DNA of 64,000 nucleotides from the NCBI GenBank assembly GCA_963847445.1, contig CAWJZV010000030.1, positions 224,001 to 288,000 on the forward strand, written 5' to 3'. Numbering within the stretch: position 1 is the stretch's first letter; every line of letters starts with the position of its first letter. The position numbers were made by a program, and so were the translations under genes. Shown piece after piece: positions 21,370-31,277 of this stretch. The notes beneath the pieces are model-generated. The model ran no database searches and was not told the origin of the DNA. It was given only the letters and a program-made list of their open reading frames with translations. Origin of the DNA: an uncultured delta proteobacterium (GTDB taxonomy: Bacteria > Desulfobacterota > Binatia > UBA9968).

Positions 21370-21619
21370 TTATCGGCGACGCGGTAGCTTCGGCCTGATG
21401 GTTGTCACTTTGTAGACTCTGGCCTTTGCGGTCGTAGGTCGTCCACTGTCCGACTTGCTGGCCATTTTCAAAGGTGCCGGAACGCAGCTTCGTTCCATCC
21501 TTGCGAAACCACTCCCAATACCCAGTTGGCACCCCGTCGATGGTTTGCCCTTTTGCCCAAACACTGCCGTCCCGGTGGTGCACGGTATGCGGTTTGGTGG
21601 CGGAGGTTTTCGCGGCCAT
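21370..21619 (-). CDS. MORN/YwqK-like repeat small protein (frameshift near the end)
   Basis: GYWEWFRKDGTKLRSGTFENGQQVGQWTTYD. Confidence 0.75.
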
Positions 21620-21725
21620 AATCAATGACTCCAAAAAGAACAAACGGTTTAGCTAGGACGACATGGCTTTAGCGGTTCACTCCAAGTGCGTTATCGCTTT
21701 TCCTATTGTCTGCTCATGTTTGAGT

Positions 21726-22124
21726 TCAGCGGCTAGGGTAGGATGTGGCCACACAGGCGACCGCGGTAAACATGACCTGCGCGCCCGGATAGAGTTTCAG
21801 TGGTTGGCACACCGCGCGCGCCGGAGGTTCGGTGGGGAAATAGCTCTTGAAGATCTCGTTGAACTGCTCGATCTTTGCCATGTCGAGCAAATAGAGCTGC
21901 ACGAACATGACGTCGCGGTAGTCGCCGCCCGCTTCCTGTAGCAGAGCTCCTAGGTTTCGCAGAGCCTGATGGGCCTGCTCGTCAAAGGTTTGCAGCATGT
22001 CGCCACTTTCTGGCGACCGTCCGACCATGCCGGCCGTGTACAACATTCCGTTGGGCGCAACCGTAGCTTGTGAGACCGGGTTGTACATCGCGGCAGCGTG
22101 TGTGGTCTTGATAACGCGCTTCAT
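21726..22124 (-). CDS. RidA/YjgF family protein
   Basis: QALRNL..LL.EAG, YF...PPAR. Confidence 0.88.
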   Translation of the reverse strand: MKRVIKTTHAAAMYNPVSQATVAPNGMLYTAGMVGRSPESGDMLQTFDEQAHQALRNLGALLQEAGGDYRDVMFVQLYLLDMAKIEQFNEIFKSYFPTEPPARAVCQPLKLYPGAQVMFTAVACVATSYPSR

Positions 22125-22148
22125 GTGGGCTTCCTTTCAAAACTGCAC

Positions 22149-22220
22149 GGCTAATGACCGAGCTCGCGGGCGGCAATAGAGCGCTGCGGAACTGCCGCCC
22201 GGTGGAGCATCTGGCTAGGC
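22149..22220 (-). repeat. Degenerate attC site (both R boxes mutated)
   Basis: ggctaat...gctc-gggcggca/tgccgccc-gagc...gctaggc. Confidence 0.55.
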
Positions 22221-22297
22221 AATTTTTCGTGATTTAATTGCACCCTCAATCCTCAAAGCTTGCCTATATGTGAAGATCCGCGCATTGGCAGCCAAGC

Positions 22298-22564
22298 TCA
22301 AAGAACCTTCCACTTCAGCACGACCGCGACCGCCGCCGGGAAGCCAAAGATAAGTAGGAATATCGGAAGTTCTTCGCCAAGCGAGTAACCTGCTTTAGCA
22401 ACGCCGACCCACATGTTTCCTGCGGCGATAACAAACCAGAGCGCGACAAACGCAACGGTACTCCACGTTGGGGCCGCAGGATAATTGGACGAGAAGAGCT
22501 TGGCCAGCAGTGCAAGCGCGGCCAGAAGCAAAAACCCCGCAACCAGAAAGAGCAGAGTGCGCAC
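22298..22564 (-). CDS. Small membrane protein (cassette gene)
   Basis: NMWVGV..AGYS..EELPIF; follows GTTAGGC at 22614. Confidence 0.75.
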   Translation of the reverse strand: MRTLLFLVAGFLLLAALALLAKLFSSNYPAAPTWSTVAFVALWFVIAAGNMWVGVAKAGYSLGEELPIFLLIFGFPAAVAVVLKWKVL

Positions 22565-22929
22565 TGAATATCCTTCCGTAGATTCGAGCCAGTGGCGATT
22601 CCGTGACGCCTAACGTATAGCGTTTTATCCCTAAAGTTTGGTGGCAATCAAGTTAATTGAAGGCAACGAAAGTTAAACTGCCAACCGCAATCACTTTTGA
22701 CACGGATCGTCTCGCATCACGTTGAACGTTTGTGGCAACTAATAAATCTGCAACACGTCCTGAGCAAAGCTATTTTTCGCGTCCTATATCATAGGATCAA
22801 TAGGTTGTGCAGGTCCGAGCCGGTGATACCTAACGGCTTGGTTTTCAACCCAGTTCCCGTGGTTGCGCTAGACTGCTCGGTGGCAGGCGGCAGAGAACTT
22901 ACGAGTCATTAAAGCACGCCGGTGTTCGA

Positions 22930-24213
22930 TCAGAGGATTTCGTTTAGCATGTAGAAAGCGTTGTCTTTCAGCTTGTGCCACAGCCCGCGCTTGCGCCACG
23001 CCTCAAGCTCGACTTCCTTGCAATGGGGCGCGTACTTCTCGAACACGGCATCGAGCCTCTGTGCCGTTGCTGCGTCCCGGATCCCGAGCGTGATTTCGTC
23101 GTTGGTCTCGAAAGACCGGTCGTCGAAATTGCTTGAACCGATCGCACTCCAAACACCATCGATGGTCATCACTTTCTGGTGCAGCAGCGTGTGCGGATAC
23201 TCGAACAGACGCACGCCGCAGCGCAGCAGCTTTTCGAAGTTGCGGTGCCCGGCGTGTTGCACCATGGGGTTATCGGACCCCCCAGTCGAAGGCATGATCA
23301 CGCGCACGTCAACGCCGCGGGAGACGGCTTCCCCGAACGCGTCGATCGCTTCCGGCTCGGGAATGAAATAAGGATTCTGAATCCAGATTCGCTTGTGGGC
23401 GAGGCATATCGCCGTATGGTGAAGAATCTTCACGGCAGGCGCCGAGCCTTCCGGCTTCGCGTACGCCGCATGGATCAACACGTCGCCTGCAGGTTCCAGG
23501 GTCGGAAAGACATCGTCGCCGACGAACAACTCCCCCGTTTCTCCGGCCCAGTTCTCGCTGAACGCGGACTGCACGCTGTTCACAATCGGGCCGCGCAACC
23601 TAACGCTGATGTCGGCGAAGTGTTCGCTGTCTTGGGCATCGCCGAGCCAACTGTCGACGATGCAATGACCACCCACGAATGCTTCGCGACCGTCGATGAC
23701 GACGAGTTTGCGATGGTCGCGGTCGTTCAGCACGCCGATGTTGCGTAAAGTCTTTTCATGGAAAAGCACGACTCGGCATCCGGCTTCTTCCATCTGTCGC
23801 CGAGCTGCCTTGCCTACTTCATTCGAACCCGTTGCGTCAAGCATGACACGCACCTGCTTGCCTGCGCGAGCGCGCTCCGACAGCGCGTCCGCCACGCGCT
23901 GACCGAGCACCCCTTCCTTCCACAGAAAGGTTTCGAAATGCACTGAGTGTTGAGCTGATCGAATTCGCTGCAGTAGCACTTCGAAAAAAGCGCCGTTCTC
24001 CAAGACTTCGACGGAATTGCCAGCAACGGCTGTGCTGAGGGTCAGGCCGGCGAGGGAAGGAATCAGCTCATCGATCGGCGAAGCACATTCAATGTGCAGT
24101 CTGGGATCGCGGTGACGTCTGATCGACCAAATGATGATCGATAGCAGCAAAATGCCACAAATAAACACCACTGCCATAACAATGGACAACTCGTCCTGAA
24201 TTGAGTGATTCAT
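22930..24213 (-). CDS. Cardiolipin synthase/phospholipase D family
   Basis: Two HKD motifs: HRKLVVID and HQKVMTID. Confidence 0.92.
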   Translation of the reverse strand: MNHSIQDELSIVMAVVFICGILLLSIIIWSIRRHRDPRLHIECASPIDELIPSLAGLTLSTAVAGNSVEVLENGAFFEVLLQRIRSAQHSVHFETFLWKEGVLGQRVADALSERARAGKQVRVMLDATGSNEVGKAARRQMEEAGCRVVLFHEKTLRNIGVLNDRDHRKLVVIDGREAFVGGHCIVDSWLGDAQDSEHFADISVRLRGPIVNSVQSAFSENWAGETGELFVGDDVFPTLEPAGDVLIHAAYAKPEGSAPAVKILHHTAICLAHKRIWIQNPYFIPEPEAIDAFGEAVSRGVDVRVIMPSTGGSDNPMVQHAGHRNFEKLLRCGVRLFEYPHTLLHQKVMTIDGVWSAIGSSNFDDRSFETNDEITLGIRDAATAQRLDAVFEKYAPHCKEVELEAWRKRGLWHKLKDNAFYMLNEIL

Positions 24214-24254
24214 TCATCGTACCAGTACGCTATGAGGTCGAATACAGCAAATAT

Positions 24255-24554
24255 TTACCCAATAATCACGTACCTGCGGATATCAGGCTCTTGGGCGAAC
24301 AACGACTCAGCCTTAGACAAGGCGTCTTGCACATGAGAGGTTGTCATGTGGTTATCAATGGCGGCATCGCTCGTCCATTCTTCAACGAAAACAAAATCGC
24401 TCTCGTCGGTTTTGTTTTGCAATAACTGATAGCTGACGCAACCCTTTTCCGCGCGTGTCGGCCCTATGAGACCCAACAAAATCGCTTTGAGATCCTCAAC
24501 TTTGCCATGTTGCGCGGTAATTTTCGCGACTACCCTCACAGCTTCACTTGCCAT
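24255..24554 (-). CDS. Antibiotic biosynthesis monooxygenase (ABM) family
   Basis: TRAEKGC..Y, FVFVEEW...H. Confidence 0.9.
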   Translation of the reverse strand: MASEAVRVVAKITAQHGKVEDLKAILLGLIGPTRAEKGCVSYQLLQNKTDESDFVFVEEWTSDAAIDNHMTTSHVQDALSKAESLFAQEPDIRRYVIIG

Positions 24555-24557
24555 AGA

Positions 24558-24686
24558 TCACCCCCGTGTAAACGAAATCTGTAAGAAGCACTGCAGCGCC
24601 CACGGCGCAAAGATTGCAGGCACGAGTTGGGTCTCATATAACTCGGCGGTGTTGCCGCCGAGTTGCCATCGTTCAGATTGGCTCAT
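24558..24686 (-). pseudogene. Truncated methyltransferase N-terminus at the start of a cassette
   Basis: MSQSERWQLGGNTAELYETQLVPAIFAPWA then a stop; strong RBS right after the attC. Confidence 0.55.
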
Positions 24687-24697
24687 CCTCTCCTCCT

Positions 24698-24767
24698 CCT
24701 TAACGTTTGAGATGAGCGGACGACGGAGGCCGTAGGCCGGAGAAGGTCTATTCGATGGAAGTTAGCC
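24698..24767 (-). repeat. attC site
   Basis: GGCTAAC...GTTAAGG on the minus strand; 24761-24772 is the exact 12-bp reverse complement of the cassette start 25428-25439. Confidence 0.85.
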
Positions 24768-24768
24768 G

Positions 24769-25408
24769 TCACTGCGTGTCTCTCAAGCATCGTCCACCGC
24801 GAATGATGATGCGTTGTGTCTCCGTGACTGCTCTTAACAGTTTTTCATCTTTGTGACTGAAGGAGGCCTGTAGAGCCAGTGCAACAGCTTCGACCCTTTT
24901 GCCTTCATCGTTGTAGGCAGTGGAAACACCGAATTCTAGTGTGACCGACTTGCCAGCTTCGATCGGGATGTTCATCAGAGGCGGAGCGGTACGGTCTTCC
25001 TTGACTTCGACGAGAAGAACAGGTTTTCCCAAATCGAACACCTTGTTTAGATCCCAACTAGGCGCTGCCGTACCATCAGCAAGGTCAGTGAGACGCTCCA
25101 AGCGAACGACCGAGTAGCGTGTAGGGGGCTTTTGGCCTTCCTCGGTCTGGATGACGACTGGCGGAGCTTCAGTACTTCGTGTGAGACGTTGTAGGGTTGT
25201 CGTTCTGCCACCGATATTCGATACGTTGAATCGCATGATTGTTCGGGTTTGCCACTCGCCTATGGTCTTGTTGCATGTTGTGAAAGAACGTCACGACAGA
25301 GGTAACTACGATCTTGGGCGAATTGGCTTCGTGGGTCTGGTAAAGCGCCACGAGACTTATAGCGAAAGCTGCGAAAGCAATGTAGTCGGAAGACTTTAGA
25401 CTTGGCAT
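24769..25408 (-). CDS. Hypothetical cassette protein with N-terminal TM (frameshifted)
   Basis: Two overlapping ORFs bounded by cassette R boxes. Confidence 0.6.
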
Positions 25409-25714
25409 GTATAAGCGAGATGCTTTTGTGACGGCTAACGAGTGAATAGGCTGGTCTGGCTATTACCGAGGTTATATTCGATTAACCTGGCTGCTTTGTA
25501 TTGCTAAAACCGCCTACTTGTCAAATTATTTGCATTGCAGATTGCTCTGGCCAACTTAGACCAGTTTTTTTCTGTTAGGACTGACAACACGGCAACGATC
25601 AACTCAACTGATTGTCCGCCGGGCTGCAAACTCCACGCCCACCACGGTTAAGGACATGCGTGCTTTGTGCCCGCCAGCGCTCCCAATCGTTTCTGATACT
25701 CTTCAGAGAAACTC

Positions 25715-25755
25715 GTTCAAAATGTTCCAGCCGTTCAAAAAGTTCAAATCGTTCG
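25715..25755. repeat. 9-bp GTTCAAnnn tandem array
   Basis: gttcaaaat gttccagcc gttcaaaaa gttcaaatc gttcg. Confidence 0.85.
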
Positions 25756-25778
25756 ATCGGCGAACTCCCGATCATCTT

Positions 25779-26520
25779 TCAGTCCCGAAACTCTCTTAGA
25801 ATCTTCGAACCTAACGCCGGCATCTCATCCCATGTCCGACCATCCAGCTCGCGCCCGGTTAATTTCTTTCTCGTCCCGCCCCACTGCTTGAAGAAAAATG
25901 GCACGCCATGAGCAATGCATCGGTCTCTAATTTTTCTTGCCCATCGTCGGATCAATATTGCGCGCACCAGGGCCGGACTCGCCGCCGACAATCACCCAGT
26001 GGACTCCTTGGAGCGGCAATCGAGAAATCGGTCCTAACAGCGGCTCCACAGAGAGAAAGCGAACCGACGCCGGCACCTTTCGCAAATGATCGATGCGATA
26101 AGTGTAGTCCGAGTTCTCAACGCTCACGCCCATCCAGATATTATCGTGCCATGGAAGTTTGCTGGCAACTTCGGCCAACCTCTCCGATCGCTTGGTCAAA
26201 ATCTGAAACGTGTGCCAATCGGCCTCGCCCATCACGTCGAAGATTCGACGAATGAAACTCAACGGCACATCCGGATGAAAAAGATCGCTCATCGAGTTGA
26301 CGAAAATCTTTCGTGGCTGATTCCAGCGCAAAGGCTGCTCAACGACATCAGATTGCAGAGTCACAGCGAAGTTATTCCGGTATCTCGCCTGTCCCATGGC
26401 ATGGAGCCGCCGCGCCATCCGGTGCGCGTAACAGTTCTTACACCCCGGACTGATCTTCGTGCAGCCAGTGACCGGATTCCAAGTCGCATCAGTCCATTCA
26501 ATCGCCGAGTCTTGGGCCAG
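25779..26520 (-). CDS. DUF5131 (phage Gp37/Gp68-like) three-Cys protein, frameshifted
   Basis: [55 protein letters not shown]. Confidence 0.9.
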
Positions 26521-26974
26521 GATCTAGAAAGACAACAGCACGCGTTTTAATCCAGTCGTTCTGCTGGCACCACTTTAACAGATACGAATTCGCATCCTCT
26601 AAAATCGCGATGCGCGAGGCAATAGCCGGGAACTGCCGTCGGAGGTTCGAAAGACTCTTGACATGCTCTTCATTATTCTCAATGAAAATGTATTGGGAAA
26701 AAGCTGGATTCGTTTCGAGAGCCACTTGGGTACTCCCTTTCCGTAGCGCTTCAGCATCCGAATCCGAAGTGACATCGAACAGCAAGTTCTCCTCCGCAGC
26801 TTCGGTAACAGCGTCCTTTCGGAATCCCGCCCCTGCAAATGCATCCACATAAATGGTCTTCAGCAGTTTGGCTTGAGGGTGTGTACTGAAGATAGTCATA
26901 TAGGCCCGTAGGTACTTTCTGAGGCGAGAAAGTTTTTCTTCTGTCCATGGTCCGCCGAATTGAGGTTCAGCCAT
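26498..26974 (-). pseudogene. tcmP: Three-Cys-motif partner protein TcmP, C-terminally truncated
   Basis: GGPWTEEKL..L..YL, YVDAFAGAG, GS; ends at AVVFLDP. Confidence 0.8.
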
Positions 26975-27085
26975 TTAGGATTACTCCATGCACTACGCCA
27001 ACTTTTTGCTGCACAGTAAAGCCAGGTGATAAATTCGTCAAACGTTTACCGCATTGACTCGCCTCTTAGCGGTGTCCGGATCAAT

Positions 27086-27385
27086 CTACCCCGCATACCT
27101 TAGCGACTGTTTTCTCATAATTCGTTGGCAATGTCTCTCTTCGCCTCTTCCGTCATACCGCGCCTGCAGATCGAGCCAGTAGCGCTCCGACATGCCGAAG
27201 TAATGCGCCAGCCGGTGGGCGATGTCGGCGTCGATGGCGCGCTGGCCCTGGACGATGTCATAAACGCGCCGCGTCGGCACGCCGATGTCGCGGGCGAGAT
27301 GCCAGACGCTCACTCCTCGGGGAGCGAGGAATTCTTCTAACAATATTCTGCCGGGATGTGTCTTTGAAAAGCGATTGGTGTTCAT
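27086..27385 (-). CDS. higA: HigA-family antitoxin (no adjacent toxin)
   Basis: HPGRILLEEFL, LA..IGV, RAIDAD.A.RLA.YFG, WLDLQ..YD. Confidence 0.88.
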   Translation of the reverse strand: MNTNRFSKTHPGRILLEEFLAPRGVSVWHLARDIGVPTRRVYDIVQGQRAIDADIAHRLAHYFGMSERYWLDLQARYDGRGEERHCQRIMRKQSLRYAG

Positions 27386-27410
27386 GGGTGCTCCTTTTCT
27401 AGATTTTCAG

Positions 27411-27453
27411 GTTCAAACCGTTCAAATCGTTCAAGTCGTTCAAACCGTTTCAA
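27411..27453. repeat. 9-bp GTTCAAnnn array (downstream arm of four-helix-bundle unit 2)
   Basis: gttcaaacc gttcaaatc gttcaagtc gttcaaacc gtttcaa. Confidence 0.9.
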
Positions 27454-27462
27454 GGATCGGAT

Positions 27463-27887
27463 TTAAGGTGTCGAACTTGTTCGATTTGTTTGATGCCGTA
27501 TACTTCTGGCCCCTTCAGAGCGCTGCGCTTTGAGGTAGTCGATCAGGTTACTGATCATGATGGACAGTCGACTGAAACGATTTGCTGACGTCGTCGACAA
27601 TCTTTCTGCGCGACATAAGCTTGATCCAAAGCTACGTAGAGTTGGGAGCGCACCTCGCCACACGATGCTTTGGCGACGTAGAGAAATTGAACGAACTCTT
27701 GATTTCCGCCGCGTTCAAATCCTTCGGCGATATTGGACATGACCGACATTGAGCTGCCCGGCGGATTTGATCCCGCAACGCGAAATCCTTGGCGAATCTT
27801 GTCGTCTTTCGTCATCTGATAAATTCTTTGGGTAAGCCGTCGCGCATCTTTCCATATCTCAAGGTCTTCAAAATTCTTCACTTCCAT
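27463..27887 (-). CDS. Four helix bundle protein (23S rRNA IVS-protein family), copy 2, frameshifted
   Basis: FEDLEIWK, SNIAEGFERGGNQEF.QFLYVAKASCGEVRSQL. Confidence 0.88.
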
Positions 27888-27902
27888 TGTCATCCTCCTC
27901 CT

Positions 27903-27951
27903 AACGATTTGGAACGTTTCGAACACGCTTGAACGTTTTGAACTGTTGAAC
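27903..27951. repeat. Inverted 9-bp array (TTGAAC; upstream arm of unit 2)
   Basis: ttggaacgtttcgaacacgcttgaacgttttgaactgttgaac. Confidence 0.85.
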
Positions 27952-27964
27952 TTTTGCATTCGCG

Positions 27965-29535
27965 TCATTCGACCGCGCCTTGTAAGAAACCATCGCCGTC
28001 TCACCCGGTCGTAGTAGAGCCACAGCAAATCGCCGCGGCGGGTTTCGGCGTAGTAGTATTCGCGCTGGATCTCGCGGTTCCACCAGCCGCCGGCGAAGAC
28101 GTAGGGGCCGGTGAGTTTGTCGATGGTGCCGTGCTTGGGGCCCAGGACGAGCCAGCCGTCTTCGTGGCTGTGATACGGGCCGCCGGCCAAGCGCACCGGC
28201 TTATGGTTGACGCGGCGGATCAGCATATTCGGAGTGGAGAGGTTCAATCCGTTCAAATCGTTCAACCGCTTCGCGGAGCCTGCCCTGAGCGCGGTCGAAG
28301 GGTTCAAAACGTTTGTCGGAAGTTTGACTTGAGTGAGCGGCTCCCAGGTAAATCTCGCTTCGGGCAGATGGCCGTCGGTGAGCTTGGCGCAGACCACCGC
28401 GTCGTCGCCGAACTCGGCGCGCAGACGCGCCAGCGCGCGGTTGGCGGCTTCGAGGTCGCGGGTCGGTTTCTCGTTAAATAAGCGCAACTGCTCGCTGGTG
28501 GCGGCGCAGGCTTCGGCGCTGAGCTCGATTTCAATGGCGCCGGCGGCGAGCTGGAGCGACTCCAGGCGCAGACGAACTAGATCTAGAATCTGCACGGCAT
28601 CGAGTGTCGGCACGGCCGGGCGCAGCGATTCTTTGAAATAGTTTCCATGATCAACCAGCAACGATAACCAGAGCGCGACCAGCGCCTGATGGCGCGCGGC
28701 GAGGGTGGTTAACAAGGGATGGAGCAGCTGCTTGATCAAAAACAGCAGCCGGGTGCTGTCGCTCTCGGCGTCGTCGAGAATAACCGTCTGCCGCGCCGGC
28801 TCCACCGGCGCGCTCGGCGCCAGCGGCGTCCACAGATCGCCGGCGGCCATGCGGTGCAGACGATGGGCTTGCTTGCCGAAGCGCTCGCGCAGCCCGCCCG
28901 GCGGCAAGGACAACAGCGCGCCGACGGTTGTGACGCCGAGCTTGAACAGCGCATCGCGAAACTTGGGCTCGATGTTCAAACGGTTGAGCGGCACGGCGCT
29001 GGCCGCCTGCTTTTCTTCGGCAGCATCGCGAAAGATGGTGATCCCCGCTTTCGTCTTGGCGACCGCATAGCTGCCGAAGCGGCTGAAACCGACGGCGAGA
29101 TTGGCGTTAAATCCCTGAGCGGAGAGATCTTGCTGCATGGCGCTGGCCCACTGCTTTGGGCGAAGCATAGAGACGTTGCAGGCCGGCACCGTTCAACCAA
29201 AAGACGCCGGGCTCTTGCGCCGCCGGCTCGACCTCGGGAGTAAAGCGCATCAGCCGATCGGTTAAATCGCCAAGCGCCTTTTCACTCTCAGCCGGCGAAA
29301 CTTCGCCGGCGCGCAACGTCGACGCGAGGGAAAACGCCGCGGCGTAGCGCAGGCCGGGCAGCACGCCCTGCCGGCGCGCGCTTTCATTGACCCAGAGGAC
29401 CAACCCCTGCGGCTTGTCCTGCGCCACCACCGCCGCCGGATGACCGGCCCAGTCGGGATGGCGCCGGAGCAAGAGTTGCAATGGAAACGCCGGCAGATCA
29501 ACACAGGCCAGCCGGCCCGGTATAGAGCTCTTCAT
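27965..29535 (-). CDS. imuB: ImuB, inactive Y-family polymerase (frameshifts near 29165 and 27985)
   Basis: ACVDLPAFPLQ, A...GV.PG, RFTPEVE, GGWW...REYY..E...LWLY.D; overlaps imuA. Confidence 0.9.
28242..28313. repeat. 9-bp array plus REP-like motif inserted in frame in imuB
   Basis: gttcaatcc gttcaaatc gttcaacc...cctgccctgagcgcggtcgaagg gttcaaaac; encodes VLNPSTALRAGSAKRLNDLNGLN. Confidence 0.75.
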
Positions 29536-30094
29536 AATTCCAGGTGGGGCCGCGCCGTTTGTCCTTGAGCACGCGCAGAGCGCAGGCGAAGCGATTACCT
29601 TCCACGCGTTTTTTCTCGGCATGGGCGCGCAGGGAAACCAGCGAACCGAGAGAAAAAGCCCCGTGAGTTTTTTCCGTCAGACAAATCAGCGCCGTGTGAT
29701 GATGATGGGCCAGGCCGGTCAAGCGCGTCTGCAGCGGCATCGGAATATCGGCGGCGCCGAGATCGAGCACGACGACGCCGAAGCCGCCGGAGCGCAGCAG
29801 CTTCTCGCCGGCGCGGGCGATGCTGTCGGCGCGCGCTAAACGCACCACCACCAACGCCGCCAAATCGGTGCCGCCTTGAGCGACATCCGGCGGATAGAAA
29901 GAATGTTCCGCCAAGGTGATCCAACCCACCGGCTCGCCGCGCGCCTGCGCCTCGCGAATCAAAGTAAACGTCAGCGTCAACGCCGCCGAAGCCGCCGCTC
30001 CGGAGATCTCGACGAATCGCCCGGCGACCTCGTCAAGCGTCCACGGCGTCGCTGGAATAGCGGGACGAAGTTTTTGCGCGGGAGATAAAGCCAT
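29498..30094 (-). CDS. imuA: ImuA (RecA-like, degenerate Walker A)
   Basis: GRFVEISG, FYPPD.A..G.DL, LLRSGGFGVVVLD, SLGSLVSLR; coupled to imuB. Confidence 0.88.
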   Translation of the reverse strand: MALSPAQKLRPAIPATPWTLDEVAGRFVEISGAAASAALTLTFTLIREAQARGEPVGWITLAEHSFYPPDVAQGGTDLAALVVVRLARADSIARAGEKLLRSGGFGVVVLDLGAADIPMPLQTRLTGLAHHHHTALICLTEKTHGAFSLGSLVSLRAHAEKKRVEGNRFACALRVLKDKRRGPTWNYEELYTGPAGLC

Positions 30095-30250
30095 GAATGG
30101 GCACTCCGGGAAAATTGCTCCGGCACCAGAGCGGGACACAAACGACGAGATCAGCAATCGACAACAGCTTCAGAACGGTAGGATCGAGCTGCTACAGAAA
30201 AGTAACGTCGCGTTCGCAAAATGTAGAAAATGGTAGAAGGGGGGAGCTTT

Positions 30251-30307
30251 ATTTAACTTTTGAGTTAACGGGCGCCGCAAGGCGTCCCGTTGAACGAATG
30301 GTTAGGC
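30251..30307 (-). repeat. attC site (last in array, before imuA)
   Basis: GCCTAAC...GTTAAAT with internal stem. Confidence 0.85.
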
Positions 30308-30375
30308 CTCACGTGCTGCACTCTTTGTTAACTCGATTTCTTCCTCGACCAGCACGAAAAAGATCATCGGGCAAT

Positions 30376-30864
30376 TTACTGGGGTGGCGGTTCGTCCGAC
30401 GCGAGAATCGCATTTAAAGTGGTTCCGCCGATCGCTGCGCAATCATGCTTCTTCGGATCCGACCACTTTATTGCCACACCTTGGACAACAGGGCGGACCA
30501 TTCGCCACGGCCAGAAGCCGAATCTTTGCGAGCCTGTGTAGTTAATGAGTGCATCCGCTCCGATTTTTCGCGCGATAACAGCAAATTTCGGAAGAATCTC
30601 TTTAACCCCGCCGTAAGTTCCTTTGCCAAGTTTTAATTTCCTTATTACTCTGTACTTGATATCGACTGATGGAATACCGGCAAAGAAGCATAATCCCAAT
30701 ACATCGGTAGTTGGCACAGTCTTTTCGGCTCCTACCTTGTCGGGCGCAATTTCGACTGAAGACTCAGTCGGTTCTGGGGATTCAGCAGAAGGCGTGACAT
30801 CTGCGGCAAAGGCATCGCTGAAGAAAAGCGCCAAGACAATGGCAGGTAATGCTGATGATTTCAT
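30376..30864 (-). CDS. Secreted hypothetical protein (cassette)
   Basis: Signal peptide; ARKIGADALIN. Confidence 0.7.
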   Translation of the reverse strand: MKSSALPAIVLALFFSDAFAADVTPSAESPEPTESSVEIAPDKVGAEKTVPTTDVLGLCFFAGIPSVDIKYRVIRKLKLGKGTYGGVKEILPKFAVIARKIGADALINYTGSQRFGFWPWRMVRPVVQGVAIKWSDPKKHDCAAIGGTTLNAILASDEPPPQ

Positions 30865-30961
30865 ATTTCACCGTAATAAAATATTCTTGAGACCTGATTG
30901 GCAAAGTTGCTACTTCTGCGCATACGTTACAACCGACACCCTACCGCCACTATTGTTAAAG

Positions 30962-31010
30962 GCCTAACGGTATGCCGCTGACCCGGAATCGGTTCGAGCG
31001 GCGGTTAGGC
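30962..31010 (-). repeat. attC site (49 bp)
   Basis: gcctaac...gccgct/agcggc...gttaggc. Confidence 0.8.
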
Positions 31011-31013
31011 CCT

Positions 31014-31277
31014 CTATCGGTAAACGTCTTTTCTGTGGCCAACTTTTACGACGTCAACCAGTAACTTCTCATCTTCGATGGAGTACAATATACGGTAGTT
31101 GCCCTCTCGCACCCTGTACCGGTCGAGGTGACCTGATAACTTTTCACAACCGAACGGTCTGGGATTTTCGCCTAAAGATTGAATCCGTAAGACAATTCGT
31201 TGTCGGTCTTTCTTTTGTCCAACGGTATCAATCTCTTTGCTTGCAGACGGCTTAATGACAATCTTATATCTTGCCAC
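31014..31277 (-). CDS. RelE/ParE family toxin
   Basis: L.ENPRP.GCEKL.G...YRVR.G.YRILY; VGHRKDVYR. Confidence 0.92.
   Translation of the reverse strand: MARYKIVIKPSASKEIDTVGQKKDRQRIVLRIQSLGENPRPFGCEKLSGHLDRYRVREGNYRILYSIEDEKLLVDVVKVGHRKDVYR

Noticed and set aside
20690-21643. Single 317-aa MORN-cupin protein
   Set aside because: These are two genes joined by a frameshift; the cupin has its own RBS and start at 21172.
25779-26520. Prophage, suggested by the phage Gp37/Gp68 family name
   Set aside because: There are no structural, terminase or integrase genes, and DUF5131 is common outside phages.
27555-29189. ImuB-four-helix-bundle fusion ORF
   Set aside because: The normal ImuB end (LQGAVE*) is present one frame over, so this is a frameshift artefact.
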